In this document: piece by piece, positions 46,176 to 54,709 of the stretch
How positions within the stretch are numbered: the stretch's first letter is position 1
Layout of the letters: every line of letters starts with the position of its first letter
Source of the DNA: Victivallaceae bacterium
GTDB lineage: Bacteria; Verrucomicrobiota; Lentisphaeria; Victivallales; Victivallaceae
Direction of reading: 5' to 3'
NCBI GenBank assembly: GCA_045635745.1
Contig: JAZTWG010000053.1
Coordinates: 8,883-72,882 of the forward strand
DNA: 64,000 bases
Program-made: the position numbers and the translations under genes
Notes under the pieces: generated by a model
The model's database searches: none
Seen by the model: only the letters and a program-made list of their open reading frames with translations
Told to the model about the DNA's origin: nothing

Positions 46176-47770
46176 TAAACTTTGGAAAAATCGGCAAATA
46201 TTTGCTTGCGCTGGTGGTTTCGGCGGTGCTCATTTTCGGCATAAGCGCCACTCAGCGTAAACTTGATACAATGATCCGTCAGCACGATCTGTTCTTTACC
46301 GGCCAGATCAATAATGCTCCGCCGCTGGTGGCATTTACCACCATGGCACTGGGGAGTTTCCGCGGACTTATTGCGGACTTGCTCTGGCTGCGGGCGGCAT
46401 CGCTGCAGCAGGATAAAAATTATTTTGAAATGGTTCAGCTGGCCAGCTGGATCACAAAACTCCAGCCCCGCTTTGCCGGAGCCACGGCATACCTGGCATG
46501 GAACATGGCATATAATATATCGGTGACATGTTCGCTGTGGCAGGACAGATGGTACTGGGTGTGGGAAGGGATCAAACTGATCCGTGACGAAGCTTTGCTC
46601 TACAACCCCGGGGCGGCGAGATTGTACTGGGAGTTGGCGGTGATTTTTCAGCAGAAAATGGGTAACGTGCTGGATAATGCCAGCTATTACTACAAAGCGC
46701 GTCTGGCTACGGAGATGGAAGCTGTCATAACTCTGGACCCCAAATGGGAGCAGTGGAGTACCATGCCCTATGCAGCGGAAGGCTTTATGAAGCTTTTCCC
46801 GGAAAGCGATCCCATGTGGGCCGCGGCTCGTAAAGCCGGTTTGCCGGGTTATGCTGCTTTGAATGAAAACTTCCGGATCAATTCCGTTTTGCCGGCTAAA
46901 TTTGTGGATGCGTTGAAAGATGCCAAAAAAGCGGAAAAAATCGATGCAGCTCTGCGTACTGTCTGGCTGCACGATAAGTACCGGCTGCGTGCAGATTACA
47001 TCCATAAGCTCAATATGGAATACGGCTCCATGGATTGGCGTTTGCCGGAAGCCCAGGCGATTTACTGGGCAAGCGAAGGTATCCGCATGACCGGGCACGA
47101 TACGCAATGTTCGCGCATTATCGCCACCTGTCTGCAGGAAATGATGCGTGCCGGACGCATATTGTGGACCCATCAGGATGGTTACCGCTATTTGATCATT
47201 GCGCCTAATCTGGATATAGTCATGTCGGCGATCCGTACCTATGACTGGGCGTATGATAAATCGAATAACATGGAAAGTTTCAAGACCGGCAAGATCAACT
47301 TCATGAAAAATGCTGCGGTGTTCCTTTTCTACTTCGGCAGATTGGATGAAACGCGTGAAGTCTATAAAATTCTGCAGAAAGATGATCATACGGTCAAATA
47401 TCCGCCTTTTGCAGTATTTCTTGAACGCGAGCTCAAAGAGATCGTAGCCACCGCAACATTCAAACAGATAACCGACGTTATCAATGCCTTTATTCAGAAC
47501 GCGCTCAATGCGGCGGTCAATGACGATGAAGAAAAGGTCGCTATGTATGAATTGATGGCCAAGAAAGTCTATGCCGATTATCAGAAAGGCATCCGTTCAG
47601 AAAAAGAACGCGGCCGCCGCGGTCTGGCGCCGTATAACGAGATCCGCAATCAGGTGGTCAAAGATTATCTTGCCAATGCCAATCCCAAGGCGGCGGCAAT
47701 CATCCGCTCCAAGATTCGCAGTCAGCAGCTTTTGCGTGACAGCGAAGCGGTCAAAGAAGATAAAAAATAA
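46172..47770 (+). CDS. hypothetical membrane-anchored protein with Trp/Tyr-rich helical repeats
   Basis: One N-terminal TM (KYLLALVVSAVLIFGISAT), then repeated amphipathic helical segments (ADLLWLRAASLQQDKNYFEMVQLASWITKL..., AYLAWNMAYNISV..., ARLYWELAVIFQQKMGN...). ATGA overlap with the permease gene. Confidence 0.5.
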   Translation: MINFGKIGKYLLALVVSAVLIFGISATQRKLDTMIRQHDLFFTGQINNAPPLVAFTTMALGSFRGLIADLLWLRAASLQQDKNYFEMVQLASWITKLQPRFAGATAYLAWNMAYNISVTCSLWQDRWYWVWEGIKLIRDEALLYNPGAARLYWELAVIFQQKMGNVLDNASYYYKARLATEMEAVITLDPKWEQWSTMPYAAEGFMKLFPESDPMWAAARKAGLPGYAALNENFRINSVLPAKFVDALKDAKKAEKIDAALRTVWLHDKYRLRADYIHKLNMEYGSMDWRLPEAQAIYWASEGIRMTGHDTQCSRIIATCLQEMMRAGRILWTHQDGYRYLIIAPNLDIVMSAIRTYDWAYDKSNNMESFKTGKINFMKNAAVFLFYFGRLDETREVYKILQKDDHTVKYPPFAVFLERELKEIVATATFKQITDVINAFIQNALNAAVNDDEEKVAMYELMAKKVYADYQKGIRSEKERGRRGLAPYNEIRNQVVKDYLANANPKAAAIIRSKIRSQQLLRDSEAVKEDKK

Positions 47771-47779
47771 TTGTCGCAC

Positions 47780-47801
47780 CCGGGCAGGAGCTCCTGCCCG
47801 G
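47780..47801 (+). terminator. palindromic GC-rich hairpin after the operon (terminator-like, no T-run)
   Basis: CCGGGCAGGAG|CTCCTGCCCGG, a perfect 22-nt palindrome 10 nt after the stop at 47770. Confidence 0.35.
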
Positions 47802-47990
47802 AAAATATAAATCAACAGGAAAGGATAAATCGGTAGTAACTCTTATGGATGGAGGAATTACTCAGTCGCATCAGGTGCTGACTATGGTCAGCGAGAGTAT
47901 GGGAGAACCCTCTGAAGACCCTGGAAGTAGTAATGGCAACGGGGGCAAGCCGGCGGTAAAAAGTGTATATCAGGCACCGGAGGTGCGGAT

Positions 47991-49286
47991 ATGATCAACA
48001 CAGCATTGCTTGCGGGTATCAGTTTTTCATTGGACAACAGCGAAGTTGTCTGGGCTTTGGTACTCCTCGTTGCCAGTATGGCGATGGCGATAATGGTGTC
48101 GTTTATGTGTTCACTGCTGGAGTCGGCGCTTTTGAGTCTGACACCCAGTCAGCTGGCAGATATAACGAACAAAAATCCCAAACGCGGCGAATTGTGTTCG
48201 CGTTTAAAGGATGATATTGAACAATCTCTGGCGGTGATTCTCATCTGCAATACTGCCGCGCACACGATTGGTGCGGCGATTGCGGGTGCAGAGTTTGCCA
48301 AGCTTTTCGGAGCCGGCTGGCTGGGGGTGTTCACATTGGCGTTTACGCTGATAATGGTGCAGTATACAGAGATATTGCCCAAAACACTGGGCGTGCATTA
48401 CAATTGCCGGATCATAGCAGTAAGTGCCGGAAGTCTGTTCTTCATGACCAGGTTAATGGCGCCGCTGATCAAACTGGTGCATTTGATCAACCGTCCTTTT
48501 GAAGTCAAGGATGATGACAATCAGCCCACGGCGGCGGCGGAGATCGCCGCATTGGCCAGTCTGGCGCGGCAGGAAAAAGAGATAAGCAGTCAGCAGGAGC
48601 GGATTTTGCTGGCTACGCCGAAACTTTCTGAACGGCGTGCCGACGAGATAATGCTGCCGGTGGAGAATATATCGTTTGTTTCTTCGACTCAAACGCTGGC
48701 GGAAGCGCTGAATACTGCTCCGGCGGACTTTCATACCCGGTATCCGGTGTGTGATAACGGCGATAAAGATAAGGTTTTGGGGTACATCAACTTCAAAGAG
48801 CTGGTGGCGACTTTCCGGGCGCATCCGGAACGGAACAAATTGCGCGATATCGTGCGGCCGATAGCGTTTGTATCGCCGGATGTTTCGGCGGCAAATCTGC
48901 TGGAACGTTTCGCAGTGCAGCATGTACATCTGGCGATCGTGCAGAATGCTGCCGGCAGAACGCTGGGGCTGATTACGATGGAAGATATCGTTGAAGAACT
49001 CATCGGAGATCTTGATGATGAATTCGATCCGCTGCCCAAAACATTCTATTCGCCCAACGAAGGATTCTGGGTGATCGGCGGCGGAGTGATGGTTTCCATG
49101 GTCGCTGCGGAAACACCGCTGGCAGTGCCCAATGCGGCATTGAGCTTGTCGGATTGGTTCTGCAATCAGCTGCGGCGCAGTCCCAAAACCGGCGATGTGG
49201 TGAAGTATCAGAATGCCGAGTTTTATGTGCGTAAGATCCGTCGCGGGCGGGTCATGGAATTTAACGTAAGGCGGACCGGGATCTGA
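47991..49286 (+). CDS. CNNM/CorC-family (DUF21-CBS pair-CorC_HlyC) divalent-cation efflux-type protein
   Basis: DUF21 membrane region (LLESALLSLTPSQLADI...AVILICNTAAHTIGA), a CBS pair (ADEIMLPVENISFV...VLGYINFKEL...GLITMEDIVEELIGDL..DEFD), and a C-terminal CorC_HlyC-like beta domain. GGAGG RBS. Confidence 0.85.
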   Translation: MINTALLAGISFSLDNSEVVWALVLLVASMAMAIMVSFMCSLLESALLSLTPSQLADITNKNPKRGELCSRLKDDIEQSLAVILICNTAAHTIGAAIAGAEFAKLFGAGWLGVFTLAFTLIMVQYTEILPKTLGVHYNCRIIAVSAGSLFFMTRLMAPLIKLVHLINRPFEVKDDDNQPTAAAEIAALASLARQEKEISSQQERILLATPKLSERRADEIMLPVENISFVSSTQTLAEALNTAPADFHTRYPVCDNGDKDKVLGYINFKELVATFRAHPERNKLRDIVRPIAFVSPDVSAANLLERFAVQHVHLAIVQNAAGRTLGLITMEDIVEELIGDLDDEFDPLPKTFYSPNEGFWVIGGGVMVSMVAAETPLAVPNAALSLSDWFCNQLRRSPKTGDVVKYQNAEFYVRKIRRGRVMEFNVRRTGI

Positions 49287-49309
49287 TTCCGGGCTGTGAC
49301 AGGAGTTTT

Positions 49310-50014
49310 ATGAAAAAGAAGAGTACAGCTGAAAAATTGCTGGCGGCTGCGGTGCTTATTCTGACTGCCGGATGTATTGACGTTGATTATGTGGGGCAGA
49401 GCTTTCCGGCTCTGCCCGCCGGAAGCAATGTTACTATCTATACGCCCGAGTCGCCATTGAGCGATCGCAGCTACCGAGCCATCGGCCGGGTCAGTATAAC
49501 AGCTCCGGAAGGCACAACCCGGGGCGAGATCAATGAAAAGCTTACTGTTCTTGCCCGCGAACATGGTGCTGATACGGTAAATATCATATCGGTCAGACGG
49601 GTGGTCATCGGTCCCGGGGCACCGGATACTTCGATGGCAGCGCAACCCACATGGAACCGCGATGCACGCAATATGGGCGGCAATTATATTTACAGCAATA
49701 ACTTCGGGCAAAGCAATGTAAATCCCCCGGTAAGCAACATAACCGAGTGGCAGATTAAGGCGCTGTTAATGGTTACGGAAGAGAAATTTCAGGCGATGAA
49801 AGAACTCTACAATAAGCAGCGAGTCAAATTGGATGAACTTTCCGGCGGAGCCGCCGTTGCAGCTCCGGCTGCAAGCGCTGGAGTTGCGTTGGATCAAGCT
49901 GCTCAAAGTGTTGACATACCGCCGGCCAAACCGGTTGAAAAAACGGTGAAAAGTGCCCCAAAACCGCTGAAACTCGAGTTGGGAGCCGGCCCCGGGCAAA
50001 CGGTTATTCTTTAA
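49310..50014 (+). CDS. lipoprotein, possibly with YdgH/BhsA (DUF1471)-like domain
   Basis: Lipobox LILTAG|C. The segment YRAIGRVSITAPEGTTRGEINEKLTVLAREHGADTVNIISV resembles the DUF1471 pattern. Low-complexity Ala/Pro C-terminus. AGGAG RBS. Confidence 0.55.
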   Translation: MKKKSTAEKLLAAAVLILTAGCIDVDYVGQSFPALPAGSNVTIYTPESPLSDRSYRAIGRVSITAPEGTTRGEINEKLTVLAREHGADTVNIISVRRVVIGPGAPDTSMAAQPTWNRDARNMGGNYIYSNNFGQSNVNPPVSNITEWQIKALLMVTEEKFQAMKELYNKQRVKLDELSGGAAVAAPAASAGVALDQAAQSVDIPPAKPVEKTVKSAPKPLKLELGAGPGQTVIL

Positions 50015-50031
50015 TTTAAGGAGTTAAGATA

Positions 50032-50514
50032 ATGGATGAAATGATCATAAAAAAGTTTGTGGCCCAAAAGCTGCATGAGGGTGTGAAACTTTCTGATATA
50101 CAGGATATGCTGGCAGAAGAGTTGAATTGCAAGATGACTTTTTTGGATTTACGCTTGATGGCAGCCGAACTTGAGGATGTGGATTGGTCGAAATTCGATC
50201 CGCAGGAAAAGAAAGCTGAAGAACCTGCCGCGGCTCCGGCTGCCGCTGAAAACAATGCCGCTGAAGAACCTGCCGCTGCCGCGGAAGCCGCCGCAGAAGC
50301 TGCCCCGGCAAGCGGTACTACAACTGTGGAATTGAGCCGCTTGAGCCGCCCCGGAGCTATGGCGCACGGCACGGTCAAGTTCGGTTCCGGCGCCAGCGCC
50401 GAATGGCTTATAGACGAAATGGGCCGGCTCGGGCTGGATAAAGTTTCCGGCGAGCCGACTGAAAACGACATCGCCGAGTTTCAGGTGGAATTGCGCAAAC
50501 TTTTCGGCAGATAA
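50032..50514 (+). CDS. hypothetical protein with two small domains joined by an Ala/Glu/Pro-rich linker
   Basis: AAGGAG RBS. Tightly spaced between the lipoprotein gene and yjbQ. No family recognised. Confidence 0.5.
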   Translation: MDEMIIKKFVAQKLHEGVKLSDIQDMLAEELNCKMTFLDLRLMAAELEDVDWSKFDPQEKKAEEPAAAPAAAENNAAEEPAAAAEAAAEAAPASGTTTVELSRLSRPGAMAHGTVKFGSGASAEWLIDEMGRLGLDKVSGEPTENDIAEFQVELRKLFGR

Positions 50515-50523
50515 GGAAATTTT

Positions 50524-50925
50524 ATGCCTGAATTAAGTGTGAACAGCCGCCGTGATTGCGAGTTTATCGATATAACGCAAAAGATCAATGAACTGCTGCC
50601 GCAGAATATGAAATACGGCATCTGCCATATATTCTGTCCGCACACTACCGCCGGATTGACCATCAACGAAAATGCCGATCCGGATGTAAAGCACGATCTG
50701 TTGAAGAAACTCGATTCACTGATGCCGAAAAGCGAAAGCTATTATCAGCATTGCGAGGGCAACAGTGCGGCGCATCTCAAATCAAGTCTGTTCGGTGTAT
50801 CGCTGGCGGTTCCTGTGCGTAACGGCAAACTGTGGCTCGGTACATGGCAGAGCGTGTATTTTTGTGAATTTGACGGTCCCAGAAGCCGCAAAGTACAAAT
50901 ATTGTTCCAGCCGGCAGAAAATTAA
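50524..50925 (+). CDS. yjbQ: YjbQ/UPF0047-family protein (secondary thiamine-phosphate synthase-type)
   Basis: FCPHTTAGLTINENADPDV..D, EGNSAAHLKSSL.G.S, and G.L.LGTWQ.VYF.EFDGPR motifs. Confidence 0.85.
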   Translation: MPELSVNSRRDCEFIDITQKINELLPQNMKYGICHIFCPHTTAGLTINENADPDVKHDLLKKLDSLMPKSESYYQHCEGNSAAHLKSSLFGVSLAVPVRNGKLWLGTWQSVYFCEFDGPRSRKVQILFQPAEN

Positions 50926-50930
50926 AAAAA

Positions 50931-50968
50931 CGGCTTCCCGACCGCAGATCGGGGAGCCGTTTTCTTTC
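50931..50968 (+). terminator. intrinsic terminator
   Basis: CGGCTTCCCGA (50931..50941) pairs with TCGGGGAGCCG (50949..50959), then TTTTCTTTC. Confidence 0.7.
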
Positions 50969-51162
50969 GTCAGTTTGTCATTTGAATGCAATACTGTAGA
51001 TATCGCACTCTTTGAAATTCATAAAAGTTAAAAAGTTATAGTGCATTGCCGTTTTCATTGCAGATTTTCTGCATGAAGCCGCCGCCGCCGGAACGGATGA
51101 AAGCAGCAGACTGAAATTATAATCAATATCTTTGCGTACAGCGTGCAAAGGTATTTTCTTAA

Positions 51163-51213
51163 AACAAAAAAGCTGCTGATAACCATCTGCGAGAGTTATA
51201 CAGCAGCTTTTTG
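51163..51213 (-). terminator. intrinsic terminator for the GreA-like gene (A/T-flanked, potentially bidirectional)
   Basis: AGCTGCTG.TAAC...GTTATACAGCAGCT hairpin at 51171..51208. On the minus strand it is followed by TTTTTTGTTTT. Confidence 0.65.
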
Positions 51214-51226
51214 AGCTTTGATTGGA

Positions 51227-53305
51227 TCACTCCATATCGGCGAGTACCGCTTCAGGCAGCGCTTCGATCGCTTTGATCTTGGCGGTGCGGTTGTCCGGCA
51301 GCGTTACAACATCGCCCAGCTGATGATGACGGAGCACTTCACCGAGCTTGGTTTTGTAAGAAAGGTAATTCTTTTCCGGATCGCCATCCCAGGCACCGAG
51401 GTAGTAATAAACTTCATCAGCCGCACCGGAGAACTCCAGAGTTACGGTCGTACCCAAGTCAACATAGCCGGTGGGTTTGATCGTGGCAAAATCCAGCGCA
51501 TTGACTCTTGCCAGATCGCGTTCAAGCTCGTTGCGGCGGCGGGTAAGGAAGTTTCTGCGCTCTTTAGCTGCATCGAATTCAGCATTTTCGCGGAAGTCAC
51601 CATGAGCGCGGGCAGTTTTGAGCGCTTCGCGGTTTTCCGGCTGATGAATGTTGATGATATCTTGCAATTCCTGCACCAGACGGCGGTGCGAGGCCAGCGA
51701 GGTGTAAATGGCTTCTTCCACTGCAGGCGCATCTTCCTGACTTCCGAGTATCTTGCTGCCGGCACCGGCTTCCAGATGTTCGCGGATGGCGTTGCTGTAA
51801 CGCGAAAGTTTGACCAGCAGACTCTGGCGCTCGCCGGTGGTGAATGTGGAGGCTCCGGCCAGAGCCGCCACCAGGGCCGGAATGTCGCTGCCGGCAGTCT
51901 GCACAATGTAGTTCTGGAATTCCTCTTTATCCAGCAGCAGCGAATGCAGTTCACGCTGGGCGGCGCCCCACTCTTTAGGCAGACGGCTGTAATTGAGCGC
52001 CAGCACCACATTTTCCAATTTGATAAGCACTTCCAGCGCCGGATGCTTTTTGCGGTTTTTCCACGCCCACAACAGCAAATCGGCGGTCATCAACGGCGGA
52101 TTGGCAAAGACCAGATCCAACAGTTCGCCATCCAGCTGCTCTGCGCAGACATTGATGCTTTTCAGGGGCAGTCTTACTGCCAGATAGGTCAGATATTCAT
52201 CATCAAAGACCACGGCGGTAACTTTGGACAATTTTCCGGAGAATTTGACCGCCAGCGTACCCCATACTTCCAGATTTTCTAATTTTGCCGCAGTGGGATC
52301 CAGCGGCCAGAAAGGTGCTTTGCCTTTCAGCGGAGCGAGCGCTTTTTCCCATTCTGAAGCCGGCATCCGGTCAGCAATTTTGGCAATGATCGTGCAGAGC
52401 AATTTGGCTTCGCGGTTGGCCACATCGGTTTTGAGGTTGCTGAAAAATCTGGCAAAGGATTCCACCATTTCTTCATCAACGGTGTTGAGCTTGGCTTTGA
52501 TTTCTTCGTCCAGCAGCAGATCCATTTCCTTAAGACTGCGGGCGGTCGCCGCACAGCGTTTGGCGGCTGTCGCGGCCGGCTTGGGCGCGCTGGCGCTGTT
52601 GTACCACGCTTCAAAGGCTTCGGCGTTGAGGGTCTGCGGCACCAGCAGACGTTCTGCCATGGCGCGGACTGCGCCTTCGCTCAAATGCACCACGCTTTCG
52701 GCAGCCACAATATTGCGGAAATCCGTTCCGGAGATCTGCAGCAGTTTGGCGGGCATGGAAAGCTTGTGGGTCGCCACCGAGTTTTTGAAGAAGTAGCCGC
52801 GTACAAGCATTTTATCCAACCCCACACCCAGTGCACCGCCTTCGGCAAGGTTGATTGCCACGGTTGCATTGAGTGCATCGACATTAGTTACCATACCCCA
52901 CTTGCCGGAGTCGAAAATATAGGTCACAATACCGGACTTGATCGCCATGAGCCGTTCGATGCGGCGCAGTACTTCGCCGGGATGCACCGAATTATCGCGC
53001 AGCCCGATGGCGCGCAGAACGCCGAGCTTGCAGAGATAGGGCGGCAGAGTGGCTTTGATCGCCGCGGCCAGTACCTGACGGAATACGGCATTATCCGGAA
53101 TACGCAATTTTGCAACTTCCAGACAGAACTGTGCATATTCCGGCTCCAGCTCTTCGGGAAAATTTTCCCAGAGCAGCTGCAGCGAATCGGCGAATTCGCT
53201 CAAATCCCGGGTGTTGTTGTGTTCGCGCAAGGCTTTCAACAGGGCGTTGAGATCGGCAATGCTGCAGCTTTCTGCAGCCTTCAGCAATAATTCTTCGGTA
53301 GTCAT
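51227..53305 (-). CDS. greA: long-form GreA-family transcript cleavage factor (~690 aa, with ~540-aa N-terminal extension)
   Basis: The C-terminal ~155 aa align by eye with E. coli GreA: ...KTARAHGDFRENAEFDAAKERR (compare [20 protein letters not shown], with the acidic finger-tip residues conserved), then the globular domain ...VDLGTTVTLEF...YYYLGAWD...LSYKTKLGEVLRHHQLGDVVTL. ATG at 53305. Confidence 0.75.
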   Translation of the reverse strand: MTTEELLLKAAESCSIADLNALLKALREHNNTRDLSEFADSLQLLWENFPEELEPEYAQFCLEVAKLRIPDNAVFRQVLAAAIKATLPPYLCKLGVLRAIGLRDNSVHPGEVLRRIERLMAIKSGIVTYIFDSGKWGMVTNVDALNATVAINLAEGGALGVGLDKMLVRGYFFKNSVATHKLSMPAKLLQISGTDFRNIVAAESVVHLSEGAVRAMAERLLVPQTLNAEAFEAWYNSASAPKPAATAAKRCAATARSLKEMDLLLDEEIKAKLNTVDEEMVESFARFFSNLKTDVANREAKLLCTIIAKIADRMPASEWEKALAPLKGKAPFWPLDPTAAKLENLEVWGTLAVKFSGKLSKVTAVVFDDEYLTYLAVRLPLKSINVCAEQLDGELLDLVFANPPLMTADLLLWAWKNRKKHPALEVLIKLENVVLALNYSRLPKEWGAAQRELHSLLLDKEEFQNYIVQTAGSDIPALVAALAGASTFTTGERQSLLVKLSRYSNAIREHLEAGAGSKILGSQEDAPAVEEAIYTSLASHRRLVQELQDIINIHQPENREALKTARAHGDFRENAEFDAAKERRNFLTRRRNELERDLARVNALDFATIKPTGYVDLGTTVTLEFSGAADEVYYYLGAWDGDPEKNYLSYKTKLGEVLRHHQLGDVVTLPDNRTAKIKAIEALPEAVLADME

Positions 53306-53525
53306 AAAACACACACTTCCAAACTTGAAAAGTTACAATTTTCCTTTAATATATCGCCAAAATTGCTTACGCGCAATACCGGAGAATGATTTTTTTTTCA
53401 AAAAAGCGTTTAAATAAGTGGAATTTGGCCGCTTGCAGGGGTATAGTATTCAAAGATTGACCCCGCGCAGCATTTTCTGCTGCTGTCGGTATGGTCATGT
53501 AAACAGAAAAAAAAGCAGGATTTTT

Positions 53526-54704
53526 ATGTCGGAAAAAGCTCCATTTCAGAACAATCAGAAGCGGGCGTGGTTTTATATGCCCACGCTCGATGGATATATT
53601 TTCCGGGAATTTATGATCAAATTTGCGATCCTGCTGCTGGTTTCCAATATACTGTTTCTGTTGAGTGATGTGCTTGATGACCTTTCGGACTTTATGGATA
53701 ACGATGCATCCTGGACGGTCTATGTGCCTTATTTTCTTTTGAAAATGCCCGGTAATATACGTTTTGTGCTGCCCATAGCCACTTTGTTGGGGTGCATGTG
53801 GACCATGGCGACTTTCGGAAAAAATATGGAAGTAACGGCCATGCGGGCTTCAGGTGTATCGCTCTTCCGCTGCGGAGCTCCGATCCTGATGGTGGGGCTT
53901 TTGACGACCTTTGTCAATATCTGGTTCAACGAAGGATTGGTGCCTTTTACTGAACGGCGGGCGGGCAATCTTTACGCCATAGGTTCCGGCGATGTGAAAA
54001 AGATGACCATTGAGGATCAGAAACTTACTTACCGCAGCCCCGATAAACGCCGCACCTGGCTCTTTCAGCTGCCAGGCGAATCCGATGGAGCATTGGGCGT
54101 GGCCGGCAAAGATGGCCAACAGTACGATGTATCGGTGAAATTCTACCGTGCCGACGGCTCGCTGGAAAAAGATCTGACCGCCAAAAATGCCATTTACAAA
54201 GATGCTGTCGGCTGGATATTTGAAAATCTTACCATTACTGAATACAGCAGCGACGGCCTTTTTGCCAAACCTGCGATAAAATTTCAGCGTTTCCGGCTGC
54301 CGGCTGACCGGGCTCCGGAAACTCCGGTGGATATACAGTATTCGGTCAAACCGGTGGAAGATCTGCCGAGCTGGGTGATTTTTGATCTGGTGGTCCGCAC
54401 CAAAGATATGTCGCAGCGGAGCCGCAACGTTTACTGGACCGTTTTCTTTTATCGGCTGGCATTCCCATGGTCATGTTTCCTTGCGTGTTTTCTGGGGATA
54501 CCGCTGGCAACCAAGAGTGAGCGTACCGGTATACTTTCTTCGATCATTACAGCAGTGGGGATCATTGTCGGTTACATCGTTGCCGCCGAAATCTTTCTGG
54601 TGTTGGGCAAACAGGGATATGTCAACCCGGTGATTGCCGGGCTTGCGCCCACAGTGGCCTTTATCGCTTACGGTATTGATCGCGTGATCCGCAATCAGGC
54701 TTGA
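53526..54704 (+). CDS. LptF/LptG-family (YjgP/YjgQ) LPS export permease
   Basis: LDGYIFREFMIKFAILLLVSNILFLLSDVLDDL start, a central periplasmic beta-rich region, and C-terminal TMs. ATG 53526 with AGGA RBS; the track start at 53418 is rejected. Confidence 0.8.
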   Translation: MSEKAPFQNNQKRAWFYMPTLDGYIFREFMIKFAILLLVSNILFLLSDVLDDLSDFMDNDASWTVYVPYFLLKMPGNIRFVLPIATLLGCMWTMATFGKNMEVTAMRASGVSLFRCGAPILMVGLLTTFVNIWFNEGLVPFTERRAGNLYAIGSGDVKKMTIEDQKLTYRSPDKRRTWLFQLPGESDGALGVAGKDGQQYDVSVKFYRADGSLEKDLTAKNAIYKDAVGWIFENLTITEYSSDGLFAKPAIKFQRFRLPADRAPETPVDIQYSVKPVEDLPSWVIFDLVVRTKDMSQRSRNVYWTVFFYRLAFPWSCFLACFLGIPLATKSERTGILSSIITAVGIIVGYIVAAEIFLVLGKQGYVNPVIAGLAPTVAFIAYGIDRVIRNQA

Positions 54705-54709
54705 GAACT

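Noticed and set aside
39410-47389. Chain of long minus-strand ORFs (39410..40969, 41395..42492, 42781..44337, 44808..45941, 46064..47389) opposite the SPFH/ATPase/ABC block
   Set aside because: All are antisense shadows of well-supported plus-strand genes that have RBSs, tight spacing and catalytic motifs. Their products show the same biased F/H/G/Q/R composition, and they lack RBSs and sensible boundaries.
47802-47990. Metal-sensing riboswitch (M-box, yybP-ykoY Mn, NiCo) in the leader of the CNNM/CorC-family gene
   Set aside because: I looked for the conserved cores I remember (for example GGGGAGTAG plus the distal AGCAAGACC-type segment for yybP-ykoY, and M-box signature helices) and found none. 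Only a small hairpin (GCTGAC-TATG-GTCAGC) is present. A covariance-model scan would be needed to exclude it fully.
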